A program made the position numbers and the translations under genes. The notes below the pieces were generated by a model. That model was not told the DNA's origin and did not search any database. It saw nothing but the letters and a program-made list of their open reading frames with translations. A stretch of DNA of 63,617 bases, the filler included, from Trichomonas gallinae (lineage: Eukaryota), in the NCBI GenBank assembly GCA_008369845.1. It is 10 parts of 10 records of this genome, joined end to end, with 100 filler letters (N's around TTAATTAATTAA, not from the genome) between each part and the next. Parts side by side here need not be neighbours in the genome. Positions count along the whole stretch, not along the records: positions 1 to 11,631 come from MRSU01000489.1; 9 more parts are not named here. The stretch is one strand, 5' to 3'. Shown piece after piece: positions 1-11,559 of the stretch. How positions within the stretch are numbered: position 1 is the stretch's first letter; each line of letters starts with the position of its first letter.

Positions 1-84
1 GCTGTCTTCGCTGAGGCCGTCGCTGCTCAGCCACGCACACCAGAGAACCTTTCCACACAGATCATCAACCACCTTCCACTCTAA
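1..84 (+). CDS. 3' end of a gene truncated by the window edge (..AVFAEAVAAQPRTPENLSTQIINHLPL*), product unknown
   Basis: Open frame 1 to TAA at 82-84. C-ending codon bias suggests high expression. The stop lies within TAAA, the trichomonad polyadenylation signal. Confidence 0.7.
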   Translation, partial: AVFAEAVAAQPRTPENLSTQIINHLPL

Positions 85-659
85 ACACATACAGTTGGGT
101 TCAAGACAACTCTTGGAGTCCAAATTTTATAATCTAACCGTATTTATACTCCAAACTAGAAATAATAAAAAAATTTTATTTCAATTGCAAATTATTCATT
201 AGCATTAAACATCTCTTATCTCTTTATTTCTATAATCTTTTACATTCCTTCGATCAAAATTTGCAATTTTGTAAGCATTATTATGCCTCATAGTGAATAT
301 TATCACATTAATGCCATGTCAGTTAACAGAATTTACTATCCATTTCTTGTGAAATCAAAAAAACGAAGTAAAATTAATCGAATAAACAAGGAAAATACTA
401 AAAATATATTGAGTATAGATTTATGATTAATTTAAAATCACGTTTTAAAATTTAGTTTTTCGAAATTTTGAGAATTTCACTATAATTTTGTACATTTTTA
501 TAAAACCTATAACTTTTTTATCAAAAAATAACTCTGGATAAAAATTTTACACGCGATTTTTTTATTGTATAAATCGAAGTATTTGACATTCTAAATAAAG
601 AAAAGCAAATAAAATCGATTGCATAAACCAGTGAAGAAAAAAATAAAGTTTTCAGAATA

Positions 660-1739
660 ATGAAATGCACGCCTGAGGCTAAGCAGCTGGTTATACAGCT
701 CGCCACTTTGCCAGAGAATGCGTTATGTGCTGATTGTCAGGCTAATGTATCGAAATGGGCAAGTTCCAATATTGGAATCTTTATTTGCTATCAATGCAGT
801 GCAATACACAAGTCTTTGGGCACTCACATATCGTTTGTCAGAGCCATTGCACTGGATAATTGGACACCAGAACAGTCAAGACTTATGAAACGCGTTGGAA
901 ACAAAGTCGCAAATGAATATTACGAAAAGAATCTACCAGCTGATTTCGTTCGTCCATCAGCATTCGACACACCCGCAATGGAGCAGTTTATTCGTCAGAA
1001 ATACATAGAGAAGCGTTGGGCTGATTCAGGTGAGCCGCCGCAAAATAGAAGGACAAGATACATTTCTGCATCACGTAGTATGATTTCTGCATCATCGCCA
1101 CAGCTATCGGATATCTTAAACGCGCCGCCACGCCAACTTAATAATCTTCCTGGTATAGGACCTGCGACAGCCGATTACTTGAATGCTAGGCGCCAGAGAA
1201 GGGTCGTTCAGATTGGCCCGGAGAAGCCTATAGGATCTGATTTCATGAATGAGCCGAAAAAAGAAGAAAAGAAAGATCCACCGAAACAGGAAGGAGAAAA
1301 ACCATCTGCATCCGACTCAATGAACTCTACACTGGAAAAGAAAGATAATCCACCACCGACACAAGAAAAAACAGAAGAAATCGAAAAATCAGTTAAACAA
1401 GATAAACAACAAAAATCTCAACCTACAGAGAATACAACACCACAGGCGAAGATCACTGAGAATACAACTGCAAAGCAAGAAAAATCTACACAGCCGCAAG
1501 AAGAAAAGAGTAATTTCGATTTGATCAATGAAACAAACCGTCAACCGGCAGCTTTCACCTCCAAATCTAAGGCAAATACAAAGAAATTCATAAAGAAACC
1601 AACAGGAGATCAAGTTCTTGAGCAAATGATCGGAGCGACTAATTCTCCACGTCCTACGTCAGCACCAGTTAAACCGAAATATGCTGCCGATGTTGCGAGT
1701 ATGCTTGCCAATTTAGACTTCTCCCAAGCTAATCATTGA
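660..1739 (+). CDS. ArfGAP domain protein (SMAP/AGD-like) with low-complexity C-terminus
   Basis: CADC-x16-CYQC zinc finger, followed by HKSLGTHISFVRAIALDNW, GNKVANEYYE and FIRQKYIEKRW. Confidence 0.95.
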   Translation: MKCTPEAKQLVIQLATLPENALCADCQANVSKWASSNIGIFICYQCSAIHKSLGTHISFVRAIALDNWTPEQSRLMKRVGNKVANEYYEKNLPADFVRPSAFDTPAMEQFIRQKYIEKRWADSGEPPQNRRTRYISASRSMISASSPQLSDILNAPPRQLNNLPGIGPATADYLNARRQRRVVQIGPEKPIGSDFMNEPKKEEKKDPPKQEGEKPSASDSMNSTLEKKDNPPPTQEKTEEIEKSVKQDKQQKSQPTENTTPQAKITENTTAKQEKSTQPQEEKSNFDLINETNRQPAAFTSKSKANTKKFIKKPTGDQVLEQMIGATNSPRPTSAPVKPKYAADVASMLANLDFSQANH

Positions 1740-2370
1740 AGATTCATGTAATTTTTTTGTATTTATTTTGTACTTTCTCTGTTAAGTTTTAAAATTTTTA
1801 TTAATCCTATCATTATCAACCATGGATTCAACTCTTTACCAACTTCAAAAATAAAATAATTATTAATAATATGCTAATATAATAAGAAAAATCATGGCAT
1901 TAACGAATGCGAAATCCATATTCTAATTAAATGATTTGAATAAAAATGAATTTTAATTTTAACGATAGTTAGACATCTTATTTAAATAATTACATTATTT
2001 ATGCTGTAGTGAATCTAAACATACTTTACCTTAATCAAAAATAGTGTTATTCAAAAAATCTGGAAATATATCTTAGAAATCTGAAATTTTAATGAGATGA
2101 ATCAGAAGCTTATAGGCAACTGAAGCCATATTCAAAATTAATGTTTTTGTTTTTATTATGAAATTTGACTTTAACAAAATTGAGCATTTTCCTTTAAGCA
2201 TTAGATTATATTGGATAATATGAATCTAAAACTACATTATCAAGCTTAAATCTCCAAAATGTTTGATTTTGGGAAATCTAGCTTTGAAATGTGATATTTT
2301 AAAGATAAAAAACAAAAAACTATAGGCTGTAGAAGCTATATATTGATTAGGAAATTAATAATAATAAAAT

Positions 2371-3105
2371 ATGAAAGCAACAGTTAAACAGACTCTGCTT
2401 GATATCGTGAAGAAAATCAAGCAGCGGCCATCAGCGAGGTGGTTCATAGAACCAGTGGACTCGTCCAATGATGATTTTTCGGATTATTATGATGTAATTG
2501 AAAATCCGATGGATCTAAATACGATACAAAATAAGCTACAAACAGACCAATATAGAACAGTATCGGAATTTAAGGAAGATCTGAGTTTAATTTGGAAGAA
2601 TTGCCAAAAGTATTGGCAGGATGAATCAGTAACAACGACATTAGCTCAAGATATCAAACAATACGCAGAGAGTTTACTTATTTATGTCTCAGATCGTCCG
2701 GATATCGACTGGATTAATAAATTAATGTTTCTAGCGGATCAATTAAGTGATGCCGTGAAACCAATTAACTACAATATAGTTTTCAACAACAAAAAGAAAT
2801 CTACATCATCACCTTGCATCAAACAATATGATCAAACAGACTCTGTCGATGATGTTGAATTTACATATGATGAAATCGATCAACTAAGGAAAGACATTCA
2901 AATGCTAGACAGTGATGATGAACAACTAACACTTTTAGAATGCATAAAGAGTTGCCAGCCTAAACTTGTTGGCCAAAAATTATCACTTACTGTTAATCTT
3001 GGTAATTTGCAACCTAGAACAATCATAACTTTGATGAACAAAGTCGAACAATTGAAAGCAGCGCAAACACGCTCGTTCCAAAAATTATCGAATGAAAATG
3101 CTTGA
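2371..3105 (+). CDS. Bromodomain protein with C-terminal ET/NET-like domain (BET/GTE-like)
   Basis: WFIEPVD..DYYDVIENPMDLNTIQNKL..Y..VSEFKEDLSLIWKNC. The C-terminus FTYDEIDQLRKDIQML..LTVNLGNLQPRTI resembles an ET domain. Confidence 0.9.
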   Translation: MKATVKQTLLDIVKKIKQRPSARWFIEPVDSSNDDFSDYYDVIENPMDLNTIQNKLQTDQYRTVSEFKEDLSLIWKNCQKYWQDESVTTTLAQDIKQYAESLLIYVSDRPDIDWINKLMFLADQLSDAVKPINYNIVFNNKKKSTSSPCIKQYDQTDSVDDVEFTYDEIDQLRKDIQMLDSDDEQLTLLECIKSCQPKLVGQKLSLTVNLGNLQPRTIITLMNKVEQLKAAQTRSFQKLSNENA

Positions 3106-3553
3106 AATAAAATTTTGTGTGTATTTTCTTTATAAGCTCATGTTTTATACATCATTCATCGCTGACAAAACTAGTCATTCGCGAAAAAATTAGAAATTTT
3201 ACAAATTATGAAAATTACTATTGTATTTGGTAGTTTTTATATTATGACTCAACATCCTCTATCAAAAATACTCAGATACAAAGTTCTTATTCATTAATAA
3301 TGATTTGAAGATTTTATTTTGTGAATGTAATCAGTTTAATGATAATTTAATGAAATAATCACATGTAATTTAGTTTTATATTTTAAAGTTTAAGTTTATT
3401 GAAAGAATATAAAATTTTATATTTGTTGTTTTAATTATTTTCAAACAAAGATAGGTTTATCTTAACGGCTACGCAAGAAATATATCAGAAGCATATCAAA
3501 ATGAAATTACAATCTGATTGTGATTTGATATTATACATACAAGATGATTATAA

Positions 3554-4726
3554 TTACCAAAGACCACCTTCCTCGACTGGAAGCCTGTTTAGTGATGGTA
3601 AATCACTCTCATCTTGCTGTATTACAATATCTGTTGTTTCATGGCGCTTCAATTCGAATGGAAGCAACGGCTGTGTGCTTTCTCCATGGTTTGGCGCCAA
3701 GTAAACGAGTCTTTTCGTTGGTGGGACTTTGGCTTCGGTCTCTTCATATAATCTTTCCCAAAGCTTCTTTCTTGTTTCATTGAATTCTTTAAGCGCTTTT
3801 TCTGACATTGAGAATCTTCCGAGCTTCTTGACTTGGACTTCTGTTGCAATGTCTTTGAACATTTTTGCGGATAATGAAGAATATGGTCTTGTCATGTGGC
3901 GAAGAGACCACTCGCCTGTAACAAAGTTCCAAACAACAGATTCGCCATCGCTCAAGATGATCTTGAAGAAATGTTCGAGCATATGGCACCATAAGAAATT
4001 AATGACAGGAAGACGGCCAACATTGTAGCCATTCAACAGGAGAGTATTAGAGAGAAGTCTAAGGTGCTCTTTGGAGTTGAAAATAATGGAAGTTACTGGT
4101 GGTAAATATAAATAATTTGCCTCCTCTGGGCATTCGACGATGACAGTAATTGGAGCGTAAGCAACAATATCTGAAAGTTCAAGAGTAAACGGAATTTTCA
4201 GAACAGTGCAATTCATTTTGATTGATAAATCTTGAGCTGAGACAACGTAAGCGGTAAGTGCCATTGATTGCGGGTTCGGTGGCTGCTCTGTCTGTACCTG
4301 GATGACTTTAGGCGGATGTTTTCCGAAAGAAAACCAAGTAAATTTGATATTTCTAATAATCTTTGGCAACAAGTAGGTAAAAAGCTCTGTGAGCAAGTTG
4401 GAGAAGAACGGGCTGTATGAATCAGGGAAAACAAGTTGCCAGGCCTCTTCTAAGAAGAGATTGAGACAATGTGCTGTTTCGCCACCAGTTACTTTAACGG
4501 AATCGCTGATCCAGCTCTCGAATTCTTCTTTGCGCCTCTTGTCGATGACGGGGCCCATGAATTGACAGAAATAAATGAACAATTCTAAAAGGAGGAATAA
4601 GAAAAAGAAGAATGTGTAGCCATATGATGCGACAATACATGAGATCATGAATAATGTGGCGCGGCTGAAGTAGAAATGATCGTCAATGAACTGCAAAATG
4701 AGGCCGACTCCATACAGTTCACCCAT
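3554..4726 (-). CDS. Membrane-anchored SMP (TULIP) lipid-transfer domain protein
   Basis: N-terminal hydrophobic segments, then ETAHCLNLFLEEAW..IKFTWFSFGKHPPKV, which matches the SMP start of E-Syt/tricalbin/Mmm1 proteins. No C2 domain is visible. Confidence 0.7.
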   Translation of the reverse strand: MGELYGVGLILQFIDDHFYFSRATLFMISCIVASYGYTFFFFLFLLLELFIYFCQFMGPVIDKRRKEEFESWISDSVKVTGGETAHCLNLFLEEAWQLVFPDSYSPFFSNLLTELFTYLLPKIIRNIKFTWFSFGKHPPKVIQVQTEQPPNPQSMALTAYVVSAQDLSIKMNCTVLKIPFTLELSDIVAYAPITVIVECPEEANYLYLPPVTSIIFNSKEHLRLLSNTLLLNGYNVGRLPVINFLWCHMLEHFFKIILSDGESVVWNFVTGEWSLRHMTRPYSSLSAKMFKDIATEVQVKKLGRFSMSEKALKEFNETRKKLWERLYEETEAKVPPTKRLVYLAPNHGESTQPLLPFELKRHETTDIVIQQDESDLPSLNRLPVEEGGLW

Positions 4727-5231
4727 CTATTTTTTGGCGAGATTTTTTTATGAGTTCGATAATTTGGCCCGAAAACACGAAATTTAGAATATATGTGTTT
4801 TAAAGACATCAAAAATAATAAAACAGGCGTGATAAAAAGTGACATAATTTTTATGATTTTTTTCATCATTGCATATTTATATAGTTTATGAATTCTATTT
4901 CACTTTTTACTAAATAACTAATATCCAAAAGCTTTAATTTGAATTTGGTCTTGAAGAATGACTATTTTGCTTTTACTATTATATTTATGTTGACAACAAG
5001 TTCACTTTTTCTAATATAACCAAGACTTTAAAACGTTATTTGAGAATTTTATTTGATAATATTTACAAATATCAAATATCATATTATATATACTCTCAAT
5101 TTCACTTTTTCCAATGCAATTAAAGCTCAAAAATGAAATATTATTTCTGATTATTGTTTTTGATGGATTTGAATAGTAATTAATACCAAATTATCAATTA
5201 TTACTGAAGAAATGTCAGTTCACATGTTATA

Positions 5232-6674
5232 ATGCAAAGTGATAAACTAATCATTTCAAGAATTTTATCTGAAGATAACAAAAGAGATTCAGAACGTATA
5301 AATATAGCACATGAAAGAGACAAAGAAATGATATCAAATCTTCTTCCAGTGCTTTCGAGCATATTTAATGCTTATAACTTAATTATTCAGCTTGATGAAG
5401 AAACAACAACAACAGGACAAGATAATACAGTAAAAAAACAGGTAGCACACGATCAAATTGCAGCAGACCTCGAAACTATGAATATCACACTAAAATTATC
5501 AAATTTATTTCCAACACAGCTATTGGAACATGTAGTGTCACAAGCAATGCTGGAATATATCAAAAATGATTTTCCTTTATATTTCAAAATAATTTCTTGG
5601 AATATCATTGGATTTCATTATTGTAGAAACGAATCTGCAATTCTGTACCTTCTTCAGAATGATATAATTAATATTCTGCTCCAAAATATTTCAATGCAGT
5701 TAGATAATTCTTTATTAATTCCTATAATTTATTCTATTTCAAATTTAGCTCAATTTAGTCCAGATTCACATGTTTTTATAGAAGAAAATTCGATTTCAAA
5801 AATTAAAAATAATATTTTAGTTTTAGAATCAAATTCTGATCAAAATAACATCCAAACTAGCAATTTCCCGGTTCATAGAGTTATATCAAAGTTTGTTGCG
5901 AATTTTACGAAATATTTTAATGAATCAATGAATTTACAAGAATTAATTCAAGAATTTATTCCATTTCTTTTGGACAACATTATGGAAACAGATTTAGATC
6001 TTATTCAAGCACTTGGATTCATTAAATCAATAGAAATCATTCAGAATTGCAATATTTTTCAATTATTGACGCAAATCATGTTACAAACAAATACTGGCAC
6101 AATTTATCTTGAGTGCATCAGAACAATTAGACATTTGATCTCCAATTTCGATCTTTTGAAATTCAAATTGAATGAAGAATTTTTCTCTTCCATTTCAAAG
6201 GTTACACAGTTCGATATCAATATAATGGAGTCATTTTTAGGTAATATTGGCCAATTCATCTTAATAGATCAAAATATTTGTTCAAATTTTTTAAAATCAA
6301 GTTTATTCGATATTATTGTTGATTTAGCAATGAAGAATGAGTCAATATCTGGATTACAAGCTATTTTGATATTGATATTTTGCACATTCATTGATAATAG
6401 TTTGATTAATAGAATTTCATTTGAAATTGGAGTAATTTCAATGTTGGATGTTTTTATATCTATAGATAACGAATACGTTCAAAATATAATCCTGGAATTT
6501 TTAATTCTTAGTCTTAAATACAGTGAAAATGCAAATATTCTGAATGAATTTGATTCAATGACTAATGAATATATAAGGGACTTGATTGACATGTATATGT
6601 CATCTGATAATGAAATCATCATACAAAAAGCAACTGAACTTGGAAAATTATACAATTCACATTTGAATGTATAG
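5232..6674 (+). CDS. Hypothetical alpha-helical (ARM/HEAT-like) protein
   Basis: 480-aa ORF with Leu/Ile-rich amphipathic helical periodicity. TCACA initiator-like sequence just upstream. Confidence 0.7.
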   Translation: MQSDKLIISRILSEDNKRDSERINIAHERDKEMISNLLPVLSSIFNAYNLIIQLDEETTTTGQDNTVKKQVAHDQIAADLETMNITLKLSNLFPTQLLEHVVSQAMLEYIKNDFPLYFKIISWNIIGFHYCRNESAILYLLQNDIINILLQNISMQLDNSLLIPIIYSISNLAQFSPDSHVFIEENSISKIKNNILVLESNSDQNNIQTSNFPVHRVISKFVANFTKYFNESMNLQELIQEFIPFLLDNIMETDLDLIQALGFIKSIEIIQNCNIFQLLTQIMLQTNTGTIYLECIRTIRHLISNFDLLKFKLNEEFFSSISKVTQFDINIMESFLGNIGQFILIDQNICSNFLKSSLFDIIVDLAMKNESISGLQAILILIFCTFIDNSLINRISFEIGVISMLDVFISIDNEYVQNIILEFLILSLKYSENANILNEFDSMTNEYIRDLIDMYMSSDNEIIIQKATELGKLYNSHLNV

Positions 6675-6719
6675 AAACACAAAAATTTATTCCAAAAACT
6701 ACAAACTTAATATCAACAT

Positions 6720-8063
6720 TTATACAAATTTTCCATATGCAGCGATAGATCCTATTCTCAAACAATTTGCATATTTTGATGCAGAATTCAGCTCTATTTC
6801 GATACTTTCAACATCAACTGGATCTTCTAAGTTGTATATGCAAATTCCATTCTCAGAATTCACAATTTGTTTTTCATTTTGATTAATTCCAATTTTAAGT
6901 GACTTCGGAGGCTTCTTTACAAGTCCATTTCGTGTAATATTGCTATCGATGACTATCTTATTGCATTTAACTTTTGATTGAACAAATTTAATATTAAAAT
7001 GAGGAATTCCTTGTTCATTGATATCACTGCAGTAATAGTGCTGACTTGTAAAAGCAGAATCTGGACCAAGAGTAACCTCAATTTCAGGTGTTGCGTCAAC
7101 TTGAATAAATCCTAATTTTGAAACAGGAATCTCTTTGAAGATGCCTCCATACGTTTTAATACAATGAATTACATCGTTGTCACTTTCAGTTGGATTAGTT
7201 TCATAATTAGTTGATTTTGATAAAACTTCAATAACGCACCACCTTGAAATACTACTATCAACAGACTGAGATACTGCTTCTAATTGTTTTAATCCGTTTC
7301 TTCTATCATTAATTAATTCATTGAAAATATTTCTTTGTATTTTGATTGGAATCCAGCTGCAATCAAAACTCTGAAAACATTCAGCAACATTTTTGAATTC
7401 TAGATTCACATGTGATGCTAATAATTCCTTATCTTCATCTTTATCAATAGGATTAAATCTATTTACTTGTGAGAACATTAAAATCTTTTCTTTCTCTGAC
7501 AGTTTACTGAAATACTCCGTTTTAATTATCTTTTTTAAGTGCTTCATTCTTAAATGCTGATATATTTCAAGTCTTTTCGTATTATTTGAGTATAATAATT
7601 CTTGGACGACATCATCAAAAAATATTAACGACGATCTAATCCAATTCAAGTCAGAAAGCTTGTAAAACATTTCAACTCTTGAATTATCCCCTAATTGAGA
7701 TTCAGAATATTTATCTGTAAATGTTTTTACAATTTCATATATATGTTTACAGCCATAATGGTATGAGCATTCTAAATATAGGAAGAAATTATCAGGATTT
7801 AGGGTCAATTCGTTTGAATAAAGTACATTGATAAAAGATTCGAAAATATCTGATGGATTGTATGTGATTTCGACTTCATCTATGCTTTTTGTAGTATCAC
7901 AAAACAGATTTTTGAAATAATTGCAATATCGAGCTAAAATAATTTTATGTGCACGAATTCTTGAATGTTTTGTTACTAAAGTCACATCTGTGAACTGGTC
8001 TGTTACTTTAAATTTGTTGAAATTGTTATGTGTTCTAAAATGTAACTGAACACTATAACTCAT
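6720..8063 (-). CDS. BTB/POZ domain protein
   Basis: FTDVTLVT..IRAHKIILARYCNYFKNLF..FESFINVLYSNEL. The C-terminus is beta-rich and may be discoidin-like. Confidence 0.9.
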   Translation of the reverse strand: MSYSVQLHFRTHNNFNKFKVTDQFTDVTLVTKHSRIRAHKIILARYCNYFKNLFCDTTKSIDEVEITYNPSDIFESFINVLYSNELTLNPDNFFLYLECSYHYGCKHIYEIVKTFTDKYSESQLGDNSRVEMFYKLSDLNWIRSSLIFFDDVVQELLYSNNTKRLEIYQHLRMKHLKKIIKTEYFSKLSEKEKILMFSQVNRFNPIDKDEDKELLASHVNLEFKNVAECFQSFDCSWIPIKIQRNIFNELINDRRNGLKQLEAVSQSVDSSISRWCVIEVLSKSTNYETNPTESDNDVIHCIKTYGGIFKEIPVSKLGFIQVDATPEIEVTLGPDSAFTSQHYYCSDINEQGIPHFNIKFVQSKVKCNKIVIDSNITRNGLVKKPPKSLKIGINQNEKQIVNSENGICIYNLEDPVDVESIEIELNSASKYANCLRIGSIAAYGKFV

Positions 8064-8625
8064 TCAGACAAAATTTTGCCCCTTTCAAAATAAGGTTATT
8101 AAAATTTTGACGAGGACAAAAAGTGAGAATTTCCCCATCCAACATTCAATAATTTACTATATTAACTATATTAATTGATGCAAATTCTTCTTAGACACAT
8201 ATTATTGACAGAGATATCTACAGATATAATTATATAAAAGGGGGCAGACTCCCAATTACTGACATTCGTCAAAAATTCACCAGGTTAATCTTCGGCGCAT
8301 ATTAGCGTAGGTGATTAGAACTGAACTAACCTAGTAGATAAACATGATAATGCACTATACACTCTTATAGTATGAGAGAAGTTAAATCTTATTTATTCGA
8401 TTTTCTTGCACAATATTTTTGATTTTTCACTATTCAAAATCTAGACGAAAAATCTGACATGATAAGCATGACGCGTAAACATCAAATATGACATGTAAAG
8501 AACCAATAAGTGAATCATAATTAAGTCATTGTTATATGTAATTGATGGCTTAGTGTCTTTTATTTTTAAATTCCAAATAGATTTTATAAAAATAAATTTT
8601 GAATTTATAAAATAGACAACACAAT

Positions 8626-9876
8626 TTATTTACCTGATGTTAATAATTTAGCTAAATCTTCGAGATTTGTTCTCTTAGGAGCCTCTTTCTGCTGAGAATT
8701 ATTATTACTATTATTATTTGCTGCTGGCTGTGGAGCTGGTGGTAATGATGACTGTGGTGGAGGAGGAGTATGCTGCTGTGGAGGTGGAGGCGATTTGTAA
8801 ACATTCTGATCATTTGGTGGCATATATGGCGGCGGCTGGCCGTATTGTGGTGGAGGTGGATAGTTCTGTTGCATGTTATAAGGAGGAGGCTGGCCATAGT
8901 GGCTTTGTGGAGGAGGCTGACCATATTGCGGCGGAGGTGGCTGGTATGGCTGCTGTGGGTATGGATTATATGGTGGATATCCGTAGGGCGGTGGCTGATA
9001 AGGAGGATAACCATAAGGCGGATAAGGTGGATATTGATTATAATTTGGCGGTGGCATCTGTTGATTGTTATTGTAATGATTTCTGTTATCGTTACGGCCA
9101 TGGTTTCTGTCACGGTCTCTGCCGCCACGACGGAAATTATCATGGCTATCGCTCTTTTGGACTTTAGAGCGATCTACCTCTGGCATCTCTTGCTCCAGGC
9201 CGTCGTCTTCACCAGGCTTCAGCTTGACTTCGCATTTTTCGCCGCCAAGGAGAATCGGCTCGGTATATTCGACAGCTTTGACAGGAGACCTTAAATCATA
9301 ATATTTCACCACATACATATTTTCATTTTCTCTTCGAATCGACAGAATTTCTCCAAATTGGGAGAAAGCTTCGCGAACTTCATCTTCTGTGACATTAGAA
9401 TTCTGTATTTGGACACTCACTGTAGCACACACAGGTTCCCTACGCTGGCGTTTGGCCTTATAAGCGTAGTTCATTCTTACTGTCCTATCATTGAGTGTTT
9501 CTTTTCTATCTTGTTCAACGGCGTTGATCGCTGATCTAAGGTCATAATAAGTCACAAAATAATTTCCCTTTTCACTCTTTTTAAATATGTTCGAAACTTC
9601 ACCAAATTTCTCAACAAATTTTTCGAAAACACCCTGATCGATATCGTATGGGATACTGAAAAAGAAAACAGTATGCACAGGAATAGTATTATTTTCCTGA
9701 AAAGTCTGGCCACCTCTCACATAGTATTGTGCCTTTTTTTCCGGCTTTTGCTGTGGCGCTGGCGCAGAAGAAGCTGGAGGGGGCTCACTCATCTGATTTT
9801 CAACTATAGTTTCATTTTCGTCGGCTGGTGGCTGAATTTGTTCTTGTTCCTCATTGGAACTAGATGGATCACTCAT
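8626..9876 (-). CDS. Two-RRM RNA-binding protein with P/Y/Q-rich disordered tail
   Basis: Two RRMs (HTVFFFSIP..FVTYYDLRSA; VSVQI..VVKYYDLRSP) and YPP/QPPP repeats. Start moved from 9933 to the AAAATG-context ATG at 9876, which lies downstream of an AAAGTGAC motif. Confidence 0.9.
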   Translation of the reverse strand: MSDPSSSNEEQEQIQPPADENETIVENQMSEPPPASSAPAPQQKPEKKAQYYVRGGQTFQENNTIPVHTVFFFSIPYDIDQGVFEKFVEKFGEVSNIFKKSEKGNYFVTYYDLRSAINAVEQDRKETLNDRTVRMNYAYKAKRQRREPVCATVSVQIQNSNVTEDEVREAFSQFGEILSIRRENENMYVVKYYDLRSPVKAVEYTEPILLGGEKCEVKLKPGEDDGLEQEMPEVDRSKVQKSDSHDNFRRGGRDRDRNHGRNDNRNHYNNNQQMPPPNYNQYPPYPPYGYPPYQPPPYGYPPYNPYPQQPYQPPPPQYGQPPPQSHYGQPPPYNMQQNYPPPPQYGQPPPYMPPNDQNVYKSPPPPQQHTPPPPQSSLPPAPQPAANNNSNNNSQQKEAPKRTNLEDLAKLLTSGK

Positions 9877-10804
9877 TTTGTTCACACAAAAAAAATTTAG
9901 CCCCGTCACTTTTTGTAAAAGGGCATTTCCCATTTTTCTTCTTATTTTTGCGTTTTCTTTATCCTTTTTATGTGTTTTATTTTAAGAACACATAATTTAC
10001 GATCTGTAATGTAAAAAACATTTTTGTCATGTAAAATTCTCGACATTTTTGAATCGAAAATCATCGTCAATTCAAATTTGTTGTCAAAATTATTAATTAA
10101 ATCTAATTATTAATTCTATTAATTTTATTAAATATCAAAAATTATTACGACTTTATTTTTTTGACAAACTAGCTTTTTTTTTCCTAATGAAGATTTCGGC
10201 ATATTATAAATTACAACATGTTGAACAGTCTCTATATTTCCCCATATGCTTCCCATTTGCGCTTATGATGACGATTGGTATTTGATTATTTTTTCTGCTG
10301 CCACCAAATGTATCAATTGATAATTGTGGTTTAGTAGTTATCCGTGTTGTTTGCTACGCAATGGTTTTTGTCAATAGCAAAATGTTAGAAATGTAAAACA
10401 AAAAAGAAAGCTTCATATCCTTTTATTGTCAGATTTATGAAGGAAACTTTTAATATTGCTTTGTCCTCTATATGAAATCATGGAGTAGCATCTCTTCAAA
10501 AAGGTATCAACATGAAACTTATAGACATTTTTAAACCAAAATATTAAGATATCATGTAAAAACTGTAGATTTAGTAACTATTGTTTCAGCCTCAGCCTTT
10601 AAAACGTAGTTTACTTACAAAAGGAAATATCAAACATTTTTCATATAGAGAATATTTATTATTTCGATTTTAATGTTTCTATTAAAGTGTCATGTAAATA
10701 CCCTTTTCTGAAAACTTGAAAAAATTTGAATATCTGTTACGACTTTTATTTTTGAGAAGAAATTTTTTTAACGTTGAAATTTTCACCATTATATAGATTA
10801 CAAA

Positions 10805-11026
10805 ATGTCTTGGTTGAGTATCATTTGGTACCCAATAGCCTTTTGCGTATTTCTGTATATTCTATATTTATGTGCCGCCAAGGGTTGTTTCTATTGTTGT
10901 TTTAGCTGCAGTGATGACAATAGTGGTGGTGGTAATTATAAAGCCTCTAGTGAATCAAGCGATGATGGTGGCGTAACGGTTGTCCATGTTGTCCGTTACG
11001 TAAGGCGTGTTGAAGTTTATAATTAA
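10805..11026 (+). CDS. Small single-pass membrane protein with juxtamembrane Cys cluster
   Basis: AAAATG start, hydrophobic N-terminal helix, CAAKGCFYCCFSC cluster, short S/G/D-rich tail. Confidence 0.65.
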   Translation: MSWLSIIWYPIAFCVFLYILYLCAAKGCFYCCFSCSDDNSGGGNYKASSESSDDGGVTVVHVVRYVRRVEVYN

Positions 11027-11559
11027 TTGTTTTGGTAATAAATGTTAAAAATATATTTTTTCAATCAATAATCAACTATTTTAAAATTATTCAGAGCATC
11101 CAATTCTCTAAGATACAAAACGAAATCCTGGAAATAGAATACCTCACATTACTGAAAAATAGTTTTACAACTCATATTTTCATATTTTAATAATCATATA
11201 CTTCTCTATAAAAGTTTAATATATTACGATTAATATGTCAATTTTTTCAAATTGAATATATAATGTCTTAACAAATTCAAAGTGAACGAAAAACAGTTGG
11301 GATCGCAATATATTTTGTTTCATTAGTATTTGATACCAATGAGATCTTATATGATAATTGTACAATGAAATATTAAGATAAAACTTTTTTCTCAATAAAA
11401 TTGGATAATATATTAAAGATGATACGCAGATAACTAAAACTATATTATTTAATTCTATTTCGTATGGATAATAGCAATAATCAGAGATAAAACAACGAAA
11501 GAAAAATATATGTTTATTTTATAATAATATAGATAAATAATTTTATTAATTAATGTAAA

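Noticed and set aside
8652..9294. Overlapping 149-174-aa ORFs
   Set aside because: They are alternative frames of the Pro/Tyr-rich tail of the RRM gene.
10262..10323. Possible second C/D snoRNA (ATGATGA..CTGCTGCCACCA..TTGA)
   Set aside because: Box D is non-canonical and the terminal stem is weak. The region reads equally well as a decayed small membrane-protein gene sharing upstream sequence with 10805.
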